From Spirochaetaceae bacterium (GTDB taxonomy: Bacteria > Spirochaetota > Spirochaetia > DSM-27196 > SKKC01), in contig JBKHAN010000008.1 of NCBI GenBank assembly GCA_046542845.1, positions 3,669 to 67,668 on the forward strand: a stretch of DNA of 64,000 nucleotides, given 5' to 3'. Position numbers and translations under genes: made by a program. Every line of letters starts with the position of its first letter. The stretch's first letter is position 1. The notes below the pieces were generated by a model, which was given only the letters and a program-made list of their open reading frames with translations, was not told the DNA's origin and searched no databases. This document shows, one piece after another, positions 8,092-17,859 of this stretch.

Positions 8092-9906
8092 ATGTCCGCT
8101 GAAGAAGAAAAAAAAGAATTTGCATTCGAGTCAGACGATTCCGAAAGTTCAGAGCTGGACGAATACGGCGTCTGGGTAAAGTCTGGCCCGGAAGATGTCG
8201 AATCCGATTCGGACAATGACGAATCGGTAGAAGACCTTGCTCTTGAAGACGTGCAAAACGATGCGAGTTTCGATTCGATGGATCTGGAGTCAGAATCGTT
8301 CGACGACGACTTCCCTACTCTATCGGGCGAGACATTAGTCCCCGATGGCGGGTTTGACGACACAGAACTCTCCGACGACGACGTGCCCGAAGACATACCC
8401 GAAGACGAGTCTGAAGACGCGGAAATGGTTGGTTCAGAACCTTCAGAGGAAATGTCTTTTTCTATGGATGACGACGAGGTCTTTCCGGAAAGCGAGTCCG
8501 AGCTGACCGCCGAGGAAGAAGCACTGCTTTCCGAACTCGAAAATGACGAGTACGACGAATCAACAGATTCCGAAGCAACGAGCGAAACTGACGAAACAGA
8601 CGTCGCCGAGACATCAACGCATGAACTCGGTTCGGACGATTTCGAACTCGACGACCTCGAAATGGACATTGACCTCGACGACGAAGACGACGAGAACAAC
8701 TCCGATGATTTCGCCCTTGGAGACAGCGACGACTTTGACGACGTGGAAGCGGTTACCCGGGATCTGACCTCCGACGCTGACGAAAGCGAACAGCACGCTG
8801 AGACTCGAATCGAGCCGGAACCTACCGCCGAGCCGACGATCAGCAATCCTATTACGCAGGACGCCCTTGAAAAGATAGAGGGCGAGCTGAGCGGGATCCG
8901 CAATGAAATAGCAGCATTGAAATCCGAGCTGTCCGAACTTTACGGACTTCGGGAAGCGGCCAGGCAGTCCGGCCTCTCGCCGGAAGGCGCAGAAGATGCG
9001 GACGTGCTTGATGACGTCGACGTCCCCGAACAGAATTCGGAGGATTTTTTCCCGGAAGATGAAGAAGGTGGCGGTTTCTTCGACGACGATGGAGACGAGA
9101 CCATCGCCCTGACCGGCGATGAACTCGACAACATCCTCAGCACGGCCGAGTTCACCGAAGAAGCAGGACAACCGAGTGAATTCGAGGACGAATCGACGTT
9201 TGAAGCATCCCTGGAAAACGTATCGTCCGAAGAACCCCACCCCGCCGATGCTCCCGATACCGAAGACGAGGCGGATGTATGGACCGAATTGGCCGCGGGC
9301 GACTCGGAACCGGTCGATGTCGACGAGCAGGACGACCTTTTGCAGGAACCCGATGCCGACGAAGGTGAAATCGCGTTCGACGACGAAAATGAAGACTCCT
9401 CGTTCGACGAGAGCACCGTTACGATCGGAAGCGACATCGATGTTCAGAACGAGTTCGATTCGCCGGTGAGCGAAATAGATCTCGAAGCCGACGAGTACGA
9501 ACTGACCATCGAGGATGATACAGACGAAGAATCGGAAACGAACGAAGAGATCGACGCGCTGGCAAATATGGATATCGAAAGCGAACTTGCCGATATCGAC
9601 GAACTGACCGACGAGGAAGACACATCGACTGATTTCATGACTGGAAGCGATGATTCGGCTCCGGAGGGCAATGATTTGCAGGAACCGGAACCCGAAATCG
9701 AGGCACCTGTTTCCGAGCTTTCGGAGGAGAACACTCGTAACGTCGACGACATACCCAGCGACATAAGAGAGGAAATCCGGGCGGTGCTGACGTACATGGA
9801 CCAGCTGCTCGAATCACTCCCCGAAGAAAAAATCAAAGAGTTTGCCGAGTCGGAACACTTCGAAGTGTACAAGCGGCTGTTTGAGGAACTTGACCTGGAG
9901 CCCTGA
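8092..9906 (+). CDS. Hyper-acidic, largely disordered protein with short motifs, a coiled coil and a C-terminal helical domain
   Basis: SD AGGAG 8 nt upstream. About 39 of the first 100 residues are D/E. Ordered-looking islands are ELDEYGVWVK, LEKIEGELSGIRNEIAALKSEL, GGFFDDDGDETIALTGDELDNIL and IREEIRAVLTYMDQLLESLPEEKIKEFAESEHFEVYKRLFEEL. Confidence 0.85.
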   Translation: MSAEEEKKEFAFESDDSESSELDEYGVWVKSGPEDVESDSDNDESVEDLALEDVQNDASFDSMDLESESFDDDFPTLSGETLVPDGGFDDTELSDDDVPEDIPEDESEDAEMVGSEPSEEMSFSMDDDEVFPESESELTAEEEALLSELENDEYDESTDSEATSETDETDVAETSTHELGSDDFELDDLEMDIDLDDEDDENNSDDFALGDSDDFDDVEAVTRDLTSDADESEQHAETRIEPEPTAEPTISNPITQDALEKIEGELSGIRNEIAALKSELSELYGLREAARQSGLSPEGAEDADVLDDVDVPEQNSEDFFPEDEEGGGFFDDDGDETIALTGDELDNILSTAEFTEEAGQPSEFEDESTFEASLENVSSEEPHPADAPDTEDEADVWTELAAGDSEPVDVDEQDDLLQEPDADEGEIAFDDENEDSSFDESTVTIGSDIDVQNEFDSPVSEIDLEADEYELTIEDDTDEESETNEEIDALANMDIESELADIDELTDEEDTSTDFMTGSDDSAPEGNDLQEPEPEIEAPVSELSEENTRNVDDIPSDIREEIRAVLTYMDQLLESLPEEKIKEFAESEHFEVYKRLFEELDLEP

Positions 9907-10997
9907 TGGGTTTAATGAACAGGGTACTTCACAACCCGACGTATCAGCGCGAAGCACAGGACGAGCATACGGTATCTGACACCGTAGCGGTACTAGATAC
10001 CACGCAGGTCGACCCCACACCCTCTCGCAGCAACACGCCTTTGGGAGTATCGGACTATGGTCCTGTACCCGATGAGCCGGCACGGCGGTTTGACTATGCG
10101 ATCGACGCAATGGAGAGGACTCCCGCGGGCATCGGCTTTCCCGGAGCCATATTCCAGCTCCTCGTTCACACACTCGAGATTACCTCCGGCGCTCTGCTGA
10201 TTCGGGATGTCGAAGACAGCCGATACAAGGTGTGGGCTTCATGCGGCCTTGATCCCACGACACGAGGACGCATGATCATGAAGCGCCGCACGATCGATGC
10301 GCTCGTTCCCGATCGCGTGGCGTACCTCGACGAGACGGACCGCTCGCGCCTAGGGCAGTATCTTTCGGTGCGCGAGAGAAGCATGCAGGAGCCGGTATTG
10401 CTATGCCGATTTCAGTCACAGGCGCGCCTGTGTGGACTGCTTGTCATTTTTCGAAGCGAACAGCTTTTCAAGGAATCCTGGAACGCAGAGCTTTTACTTG
10501 CGGCCCTCAGCGAGCCGGTCGCCCATAAAATCGGCGCCTATCGGGAAACGCCGCTGCAACACATGATACATCCGCTCATCCTCGACAGAAGGGATTTCAG
10601 TCGCAGCGTGCAGACGACGGCGCGGCGACTGATTTCGTCTCCACACGGACTGGTATGTATCCGTATCGGGCTCAACAGCATAGCCGACGCAATCGTATCG
10701 GTTCTGCCCTTCGCAGACCCCTATCACGTCACTCGCGACGTCCGTCTGATTGCTGCGTCGTTTTTCGCAGCCGCTGGAGATGTTACCGTTATCGAACCGG
10801 ATTCACTCATAGCCGCGGTTACCATGCCGGCGGCTGAACACGGGGAACTGCTTATTGAGCAGCTGAGTGGTCGACTCGGAGCACTTTTACCTGAGTTACC
10901 CGACACGTACACCGTTGACGCGCTCGTGCGCCAGTGGCCTGTTGACTCCGAGGACGTAACCGCGCTTCTCGAGATTCTTTTCGAACGACGTGATTGA
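9906..10997 (+). CDS. Hypothetical signalling protein: GAF-like domain plus a possible degenerate GGDEF-like C-terminus
   Basis: GAF-like pattern (LEITSGALLIRD...YKVWASCGLD...LCGLLVIF). Start overlaps the upstream stop (TGATG). No GGDEF signature. Confidence 0.5.
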   Translation: MGLMNRVLHNPTYQREAQDEHTVSDTVAVLDTTQVDPTPSRSNTPLGVSDYGPVPDEPARRFDYAIDAMERTPAGIGFPGAIFQLLVHTLEITSGALLIRDVEDSRYKVWASCGLDPTTRGRMIMKRRTIDALVPDRVAYLDETDRSRLGQYLSVRERSMQEPVLLCRFQSQARLCGLLVIFRSEQLFKESWNAELLLAALSEPVAHKIGAYRETPLQHMIHPLILDRRDFSRSVQTTARRLISSPHGLVCIRIGLNSIADAIVSVLPFADPYHVTRDVRLIAASFFAAAGDVTVIEPDSLIAAVTMPAAEHGELLIEQLSGRLGALLPELPDTYTVDALVRQWPVDSEDVTALLEILFERRD

Positions 10998-12429
10998 GTT
11001 CATCGAAACCCGCGATGGCTGCGCTTCCGTCTCCGTCGATTCAGTGCTCCTGTATTCACGCTACAGCCCGAAGAAGCAAATACATCGCTTTCTGCTCGAC
11101 GAAGATCTGTCGGATTGCGACCTGCTGTACATCGTCAGCGATGGTCTTGGAATCCTCGAGTCTATGGTCCGGGAGCTGGCACCGCATGTATCACCTGTAT
11201 CGATCGTTCTGAGTCCCGACATTCACGCCTTATCTGAAGCCCATTTCGAACACCCGACCTGGGTGTACGGGAATAATACCCCGCTCGTACCGTTCCTGCG
11301 AAAACATACCACAGGCGTGAAGAGCGGAGTCGGTCGCATTCTTGTATGGGAGCCTGCTGCGAGAATGTTTGTTCATGCCTTTCGGACCGTGAAGCCCATG
11401 ATCGAGTCGCACCTCAGACGGGAAGCACACAGCCAACTGACTACCCGGACATTCGGGCCACGCTGGTTACGAAATATCCTGCGGAACACTCGTTCGGTTC
11501 CCTCAAGCGTTATCATAGATTCGCTCACAAAAACCTCGCGACCCGTCGTTCTTTTGATTCCGGGACCGAACGCGGAGCAGTGTCTTGATCTGATCGCGGA
11601 GTTCAGGGAGCGGGTCGTGCTTATAACCGTTTCATCGGCGTTATCCACGCTTCAGGCGAGCAGGCTTGTGCCGGACCTCGTCGTTCATACGGATCCGGGT
11701 TTCTACTCCAGTCTTCACTTTCCACCCGGACTGCCGCCGGGCGCCGCGGTTCTGTGCATGCCGCTGACCGCCGGAAGCCCCGGCCTTCGGTTTCACCGCT
11801 GGTTTCCGTTCAGCAACGGACTGCTGGCAGAGTCCGACGCACTGGCAGAACTCGGGATACCCGAGCGGATCATACCTGAGGCAGGAACGGTAACGGCTAC
11901 TGCCCTCCGCATCGCAGACACGATACGCACAGGTTCGCTCTACGTATGCGGGCTCGACCTCTGCTTTCGTGACGTACGCTCACACGCTCGTGGTCATGGT
12001 TTCGAACAGTGGATACACTCCCGCACGAATCGGTTTGGGCCGGTGGAGGGCAATTATCTCTCGAGAGCGGCCGACACGATCCCCGGCGCCAAAGGTTGCC
12101 GCTACGCCGCGAATCTCAACGTCTATGCGTCCTGGATACGCGACTACGTGGCGGGCAAAGAGGCGGTGTTTCGTGTAAACGCCTCGCCTGTTGACCTGGG
12201 TATGGTCCGTCTGAATGTGCGCGAGTTTCGATTACACCTTGAACAGTCCGCAGGCGCGACATGCGATGCAGCCTACACGGCCTCCCTGCAACAGGCCGAT
12301 CGTCTGTTTCCGGAACACGCGTCGCGGCGTTTACTCGAACGCTGGAAAGAGCTTCTCAACGAGCATTCACCGTCCAGCGAGCTTTCCCTGGAGCTGCGGC
12401 AGCTTCTGGGCACACGGGGTCTGACGTGA
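10990..12429 (+). CDS. Maf/DUF115 (MptE-like) family protein 1
   Basis: LYSRYSP N-terminal motif, WLRNILRN, PGPN, VHTDPG, GTVTATAL and CGLDLCF...SHARG. Confidence 0.75.
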   Translation: MIEFIETRDGCASVSVDSVLLYSRYSPKKQIHRFLLDEDLSDCDLLYIVSDGLGILESMVRELAPHVSPVSIVLSPDIHALSEAHFEHPTWVYGNNTPLVPFLRKHTTGVKSGVGRILVWEPAARMFVHAFRTVKPMIESHLRREAHSQLTTRTFGPRWLRNILRNTRSVPSSVIIDSLTKTSRPVVLLIPGPNAEQCLDLIAEFRERVVLITVSSALSTLQASRLVPDLVVHTDPGFYSSLHFPPGLPPGAAVLCMPLTAGSPGLRFHRWFPFSNGLLAESDALAELGIPERIIPEAGTVTATALRIADTIRTGSLYVCGLDLCFRDVRSHARGHGFEQWIHSRTNRFGPVEGNYLSRAADTIPGAKGCRYAANLNVYASWIRDYVAGKEAVFRVNASPVDLGMVRLNVREFRLHLEQSAGATCDAAYTASLQQADRLFPEHASRRLLERWKELLNEHSPSSELSLELRQLLGTRGLT

Positions 12430-14078
12430 CGCATGACCCGGAGGACGCGCTGACCATTAACCTGAACGCGCTTCGCTCGGCAGATCGGGCACGAACTCCG
12501 GAGGCGGGGCACAGCGAGTTTATCGAGGAGCTCAATGCTTCCGCCGCCGGCACCCGGCTGACGGTCCGCATGAGCACTTCGGGTCACGCTGTTCCCGAAA
12601 TTGTTACGGATGACGGCAGCTACACGCTGCACTCCCGCTACGATCCTCTCAAAGAAGCCGAACGAGCACTCGGCAACGCACCTGCGGTGGGAACAGTCTG
12701 CATATTCGGTCTGGGCTTCGGTTACCATGTGCGGCGTGCACTCAAGGAACCGGGGTTTGTGCGTATCATCGTAGTATGTGAGCCCCTCGATATCGTAAAA
12801 AATGCGCTTTCGCACGCGGACTTCCAAAGCCTTTTTTCCGACCCGCGACTGCACCTTGTGAGCTCCCGTTCCGAAGCCCATATCGCAGATGCCGTACCGC
12901 GGATTCACGTTCCGTACTTCTCGACCAGACTCTCCACCGTTCATCTCCCGACTTTCGTGAGGGTGTTTCCTGACGAGTTTGAACGCTTTCGCCGCGGCAT
13001 GGAACGTTCGTTTCAGACCATTGGCGACGATCTGACAACACAGATACGCTACGCCCGTGCATGGTTTCGAAACATTCTTCTGAACAGTATCTCGGCACAC
13101 AAGACCCGACCTATGACGCTCCCCGATAATCAACCGGTCACTATCGTAGCCGCAGGCCCTTCCCTCGAAAGACATACGGAACACATCAGTGAATCGAGAG
13201 ATTTCATCCTCGTCTGCGACACAGCTGCGCCGACACTGAACCAGAGCGGCATCAAACAGGCTGCCGTCCTCAGCATTGACCCGTCTGTGTACAGTTATCA
13301 TCATCTCATGAACGGGTACCCGGAGGGAGCTCAGAGTATACTCGACGCAGGCGTTCACCCGGCGGTCTGGAGGGGAGCACCCGGTCGCACCGGGGTCGTA
13401 TCTGCCCATCCGCTTGTGCACCTCATGTCACCGGTTTTTGATCATCTGCCCCGAGTTCAGTTCGCCTCGGATGTGGCATACGCTGCAGTGTGGATTGCAA
13501 AGTCGCGCGGCATGGACCCGGTTACGGTGATCGGAGCGGATTACCGCTGGACCTCCGGAAAACCCTATGCTCGTTCCACCTACATACCCGAACTGTTTCT
13601 CGGCACTTCCTCCCGGGTGTCGACAAACGAAGCCCTGACAATCGATTTTATGTTTGCGACTCATCCACACCTGAACCGCGACGTAAACGGTGATTACCGG
13701 GTAGCTGCGTTCGACGGAAGGCGAAGCGCATTACAGATGCTGCTTCAAACGCCGGTTCGTAGCTTGGCACAGGTGCCCCATCGCATTCGTCCCCCGAGCG
13801 CCCCGAACAGGCTGCCGGATGTTCTCAATCGACTTGGCAGCCTGATTCGCTCCCTTCCGAAAGCCGGCGATAATGAACCCGAACACTACTTTCGGAGCCT
13901 CGATAGCGATCAGCAGACCGCGGCGTTTATTATCGCACCTCTGGCGGCCCGTTTATCGCGGAGTCTTTCGAACAACGAGCCCGACATTGGTTTAATGGAT
14001 CGTTTCGACGAAGCAAAAGCGAATGCAATTCAGTTGGTTGAACACGTGCACAGCCTGTCCGTATCCCGTATACTGTAA
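12426..14078 (+). CDS. Maf/DUF115 (MptE-like) family protein 2
   Basis: GTG start overlapping the upstream TGA; LHSRYDPLKEAE, FGLGFGYH, WFRNILLN, AAGPSL, CDTA, SIDP and IGADY motifs. Confidence 0.8.
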   Translation: MTHDPEDALTINLNALRSADRARTPEAGHSEFIEELNASAAGTRLTVRMSTSGHAVPEIVTDDGSYTLHSRYDPLKEAERALGNAPAVGTVCIFGLGFGYHVRRALKEPGFVRIIVVCEPLDIVKNALSHADFQSLFSDPRLHLVSSRSEAHIADAVPRIHVPYFSTRLSTVHLPTFVRVFPDEFERFRRGMERSFQTIGDDLTTQIRYARAWFRNILLNSISAHKTRPMTLPDNQPVTIVAAGPSLERHTEHISESRDFILVCDTAAPTLNQSGIKQAAVLSIDPSVYSYHHLMNGYPEGAQSILDAGVHPAVWRGAPGRTGVVSAHPLVHLMSPVFDHLPRVQFASDVAYAAVWIAKSRGMDPVTVIGADYRWTSGKPYARSTYIPELFLGTSSRVSTNEALTIDFMFATHPHLNRDVNGDYRVAAFDGRRSALQMLLQTPVRSLAQVPHRIRPPSAPNRLPDVLNRLGSLIRSLPKAGDNEPEHYFRSLDSDQQTAAFIIAPLAARLSRSLSNNEPDIGLMDRFDEAKANAIQLVEHVHSLSVSRIL

Positions 14079-14081
14079 GGC

Positions 14082-15320
14082 ATGAGTCGGATTTTTCGCA
14101 CTGCACTGGTGCTCCTGAGCATAGCGGTACTGCTGGGCGTCCCCACCTTGTTTATGGTGCGGATATACGCCGAGCGCGAGCATCAACGGGCTGAGGCGGA
14201 AGAGCATTTCGGGAACGTTCAGAGTGCAATAACCCGCTCGGGCAGCGCCGGGAACGACGCTGTACGCGAAACGCTGCTCTCGAACGAGCGGCTTAATTAC
14301 ATAGTCGTGGTTGAAACGCGTGGGAGCGTCGAATATGCCTGGTCGAGAAATCCGCACTACGCCGCGCAACTGAACGACTCTGCGGCCATTATCCCCGACA
14401 CCGCAGAGGAGTCCGGGATTTGGGTGACCCGTCTTTCGGACACAGTCTCGCTGGGTTCTGCCTCGCGGATCATACGCGCGGAATACCAGCTCCTGTACCC
14501 GGACAGGGTATTTCAGAACATCCGGGACGTCCTGCTCACCGTCATTGCCTTCGCGCTCTTACTGACTGTCGTCCTGATCGCTGGTTTGTCCGGAACGCCC
14601 CCGGCACGGAACGACGCGCGTGACGAAGTGCCCGAACCGCGAGGCTCCGATATCGGGGGGGAGCAACCGCCGCGGACGTACCCGCCGCGGACGCAACCGC
14701 CGCGGACGCAGGCGACGGGGAACGAGGGAACGGAATCAATCGCGCACGAAAACTCACCGATTTCCGCTGATTCCGGCATCTCGCCTGCGGACTCGGGATC
14801 ACCGCCGCTCGTTTCGGGCGAGTCCGGGCTTTCGTTTGCAACTCATCTGAACAGGCGCCTTGATCTTGAGCTGCAGCGCGCAGCAGAAAACGAGCTCGAT
14901 GTTACGACTATGTACGCGACCCTGATCGAATCCGATACGGGGAAACACCCTGAATCCGAAGTCTTCGGCAGACTGATCCTCGAATTCTTCCCTTTCGAGG
15001 ATCTCGTATACGATCTGCGACATGAACAGGAAGGGCTGTGCTGCGTCATTCTCCCCGGGGTGGATCTGCCGGCAGCGCTCCGCAAGGCACAACGCTTCGT
15101 GACACTCGGCAGACGGCACAATAACCGCAGTTATACGATACGTCTCGGTGCGTCGAGTCGGAATGGACGACTCGTCGAAAGCGCTCGCCTGATTAAGGAA
15201 GCTCAAGCAGCGCTTCGTAAGACCGACGAACGTGCGCCGGTTGTAGGATTCCTGCCAGATCCGGACCGCTACCGCAGACTCGTCCGTGGCGACGGCGAAC
15301 GGTTTACCATTGCCGGATAA
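14082..15320 (+). CDS. Two-TM membrane protein with a degenerate GGDEF-like cytoplasmic domain
   Basis: Two TM helices, a Pro-rich linker, then SGL...LDLELQRA...VILPGVDLPAALRKAQ...GASSRNGR...LIKEAQAAL. No GG(D/E)EF motif. TATACT lies 7 nt upstream of the ATG. Confidence 0.65.
   Translation: MSRIFRTALVLLSIAVLLGVPTLFMVRIYAEREHQRAEAEEHFGNVQSAITRSGSAGNDAVRETLLSNERLNYIVVVETRGSVEYAWSRNPHYAAQLNDSAAIIPDTAEESGIWVTRLSDTVSLGSASRIIRAEYQLLYPDRVFQNIRDVLLTVIAFALLLTVVLIAGLSGTPPARNDARDEVPEPRGSDIGGEQPPRTYPPRTQPPRTQATGNEGTESIAHENSPISADSGISPADSGSPPLVSGESGLSFATHLNRRLDLELQRAAENELDVTTMYATLIESDTGKHPESEVFGRLILEFFPFEDLVYDLRHEQEGLCCVILPGVDLPAALRKAQRFVTLGRRHNNRSYTIRLGASSRNGRLVESARLIKEAQAALRKTDERAPVVGFLPDPDRYRRLVRGDGERFTIAG
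14664..14711 (+). repeat. In-frame 15-bp tandem repeat (3 copies) encoding (Q/Y)PPRT
   Basis: caaccgccgcggacg-tacccgccgcggacg-caaccgccgcggacg-cag. Confidence 0.9.
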
Positions 15321-15332
15321 TTCCGCTTCTCG

Positions 15333-16340
15333 TCAGGACGGTTGCAGCGAGGCAAGAGACAGAAGCAACTCCTCAATCAGATGGTCAAAAACCATTATCC
15401 CGTTCATGTATTGTGGTGCTGTGTCTTCGTGGTCTTGAGGCCATACAACTGTTACAGGATATCCGTCCTCCCGCTCGTTTCCAATAAGCACAACAAGCAT
15501 GTCCGAGTCCTGCAGCATGATCTCGGCGCGCATGACCGCGTCATCCGCATTCACCGGCTCCGAGAGAAATGCAGCTCCTTCGAGGCTCAGAAGGCGAGAC
15601 ACGGATGTCGCCGCCGCGGCTTCGGCTGCAGCCCCGGGTTCGTAATCGGCCGTAAATCCCCCGTCGAGCCTATCGATCTGCGCATCGGCAAGTCCTGAAA
15701 ACCGGATCGACTCCACGTCGCTTCGGCGTACCCGACCCTGCAGCAGACGATGATCGACAAACCAGTCGAGGTGGAGCGACAACGCACGGCTGAAGGTGTC
15801 GGCAGCTGCGTAGACGGAATCACTCTCGGCGCTACGAAGGTACACCACTTCGACAGTCGATGAGATTCCAAGATACACCGTATGACTTTCATCGTCCGAC
15901 CACAGGTTAATAACGTATTCAAAGGGTTGCAGCGACTCGGGCCCGTTGACCTCCTGAACGCCGAGTTCTCCGTGACGTGCTGTATTCTCGGTGACCAACC
16001 TCATGTCCTCCGTAGACATGAGCTCCTCGACAAATACTGAGACACGATCGGCGCGCGCCGGAGCATCGGATACTCCGGAACCATTGATCAGAGGTCGCAG
16101 AGCATCTTCAGACGGATTACGAACGAATGAACCGGAAATCGAAAACTCGCCCTCATAGCCTATAATATCGATACGAGTGAGCTCTTCCACGGTCAGTCCG
16201 CGGAAGAGCTCAAGAAGGGCGACCGAACCCTCCTGCTGAGTATCTGAACCGCGTCGATCCATAAGATATACGAGTAGCAGTATCAGTATGACTGCCACCG
16301 ATACGGCGAGCATCGTTCTAAGCCAATACCTGTCATTCAT
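15333..16340 (-). CDS. DUF4340-family membrane-anchored protein
   Basis: Single N-terminal TM; PARADRV, LG...VYLRSAESDSVY patterns; position after the GldG-like gene is typical. Confidence 0.65.
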   Translation of the reverse strand: MNDRYWLRTMLAVSVAVILILLLVYLMDRRGSDTQQEGSVALLELFRGLTVEELTRIDIIGYEGEFSISGSFVRNPSEDALRPLINGSGVSDAPARADRVSVFVEELMSTEDMRLVTENTARHGELGVQEVNGPESLQPFEYVINLWSDDESHTVYLGISSTVEVVYLRSAESDSVYAAADTFSRALSLHLDWFVDHRLLQGRVRRSDVESIRFSGLADAQIDRLDGGFTADYEPGAAAEAAAATSVSRLLSLEGAAFLSEPVNADDAVMRAEIMLQDSDMLVVLIGNEREDGYPVTVVWPQDHEDTAPQYMNGIMVFDHLIEELLLSLASLQPS

Positions 16341-17859
16341 CGCCAACCTGCCCCTTTCGAGGTAATGCCATACGTGCACGTCTTCTGAGCACCGACAATA
16401 GTACCCCGGTACACATCAGAACGGGAAGAATCAGTACATTCAATATTTCGACTATCCTTCCCGTCAGGTGGCGATAAAACGGATCCTCAATGCGGTCCAT
16501 GCGGGAAACAGCGACGTTCTCGGGGCTCAGCGTTGCGAGCCCGTTGTTACCGGAGAGCCAGTACACAGCACGTTTCACGAAATCGAAATTCGGAAAACTG
16601 TCGGTGTAATATACAAGGTTACTCAGAAAATCACTGTCACCGACAACGACGGCACGGGAGTCTTCGTGAAGTACACCTTCAGTCCAGGCGGATACGGCGT
16701 ACACGCCGGTACTCGCATCCCGGTCACGAGCAAGCGCCACAGGATCCTCCGGATTGAGGGAGAAAGGCGCCGCCTGCAGCCATGCGTCAGGCGAAGAGAC
16801 GATCAGAGGGCCGTTCGTGCCGGATTCGGGTTCGAACACACGGATCGGACTCGGCCAGAAGAAATCTACCGGCACAGCCCGTACACCGAGTGGGTGGTCG
16901 GGATCGATATTTCGTTGTCCGGTCCTGATCCAGGGGGGATACACCATAGGTTCGCCTGAGGTGAGTTCGGCCGGGAACAGGTGTGATTCCCGGTCGAGCA
17001 GGAGAACGTTTTCTACTGCCACACCAAGTGACTGAAGCAGCGGCTCCATAGTCGCGTTGTTCACTGCGTCGCCGGTAAGCTCGGAGACACGGACATCAAT
17101 ACCGTCCACCGTGAGGAAGGCAGAAACGCCACGCGAGATCGAGGTTTCTATAGCTGTGGCTAATGCCGGATCGAGATCGCTGCTCCCGAGGAGCAGAATC
17201 ACGTCGGGCGACGACGAGGACAGGTCGGCTGCGTTTCCTGCCTGGACCCGATACAGCTGATCGAGTTCGTCGAGTAATGCACCATACTCGTCTTCAAGAC
17301 GTTCAGGTCGACCGCCCGAAACGACCATAACGTGCAGCGGTTCCTCTTGAACAAGAGAATGGATTGCGCCTGTGATGTTGAACTCGACCGAACCGGCGTC
17401 GACGATGGCGGGAACAACCACACGCCGATCGAGATAGCGCACTTCAACACCGCTGAATATCTCCTCGAGCTGCGGGTCTTCTTCGGTACCGACGTTTACG
17501 GTGTCGACAAGCAGGCCCATACGCTCAAGTTCCTCTCGGGAAAGACCGGGATCGATAATCCGTTCAACACGGATATATCGTGGCAAAACGCGTTCGTACT
17601 GCCTCAGAAGCTGATAGATCTGTTCGCTGCGGGGACTTGTGTTCTGCAGAAGTCCGTCGACGAGATACCGTACCCGAACCGGCTCATCGATAGTCCTCAA
17701 CAGGTCTCGCGTCGGGGTACTTAACGATAGAATACGGCCTGGAGAAAGGTCGTGTACAAGGGAAAATCGGGAGAGTAATGCGCCCGTCGCAATGACGGTT
17801 ACCGTAATCAGTACGGTCAACATCCACTGCGTCCTGCGCGGTCGTGATCGCTCCTTCAT
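16333..17859 (-). CDS. GldG-like ABC transporter auxiliary protein
   Basis: N- and C-terminal TMs; DLSPGRILSLSTPTRDLL, EFNITGAI and VVVGDSDFLSN...NFDF motifs. Confidence 0.8.
   Translation of the reverse strand: MKERSRPRRTQWMLTVLITVTVIATGALLSRFSLVHDLSPGRILSLSTPTRDLLRTIDEPVRVRYLVDGLLQNTSPRSEQIYQLLRQYERVLPRYIRVERIIDPGLSREELERMGLLVDTVNVGTEEDPQLEEIFSGVEVRYLDRRVVVPAIVDAGSVEFNITGAIHSLVQEEPLHVMVVSGGRPERLEDEYGALLDELDQLYRVQAGNAADLSSSSPDVILLLGSSDLDPALATAIETSISRGVSAFLTVDGIDVRVSELTGDAVNNATMEPLLQSLGVAVENVLLLDRESHLFPAELTSGEPMVYPPWIRTGQRNIDPDHPLGVRAVPVDFFWPSPIRVFEPESGTNGPLIVSSPDAWLQAAPFSLNPEDPVALARDRDASTGVYAVSAWTEGVLHEDSRAVVVGDSDFLSNLVYYTDSFPNFDFVKRAVYWLSGNNGLATLSPENVAVSRMDRIEDPFYRHLTGRIVEILNVLILPVLMCTGVLLSVLRRRARMALPRKGQVGDE

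Noticed and set aside
8085-8102. Five-codon upstream ORF (ATG GTT AAT GTC CGC TGA) overlapping the acidic gene start
   Set aside because: The SD is only 1 nt from this ATG but 8 nt from the ATG at 8092; there is no evidence of function.
8043-9872. Ser-rich minus-strand ORFs
   Set aside because: These are the reverse complements of Asp/Glu codons (GAN) in the acidic protein.
12273-13421. 382-aa minus-strand ORF
   Set aside because: Antisense to the Maf paralogs, with no family motifs.
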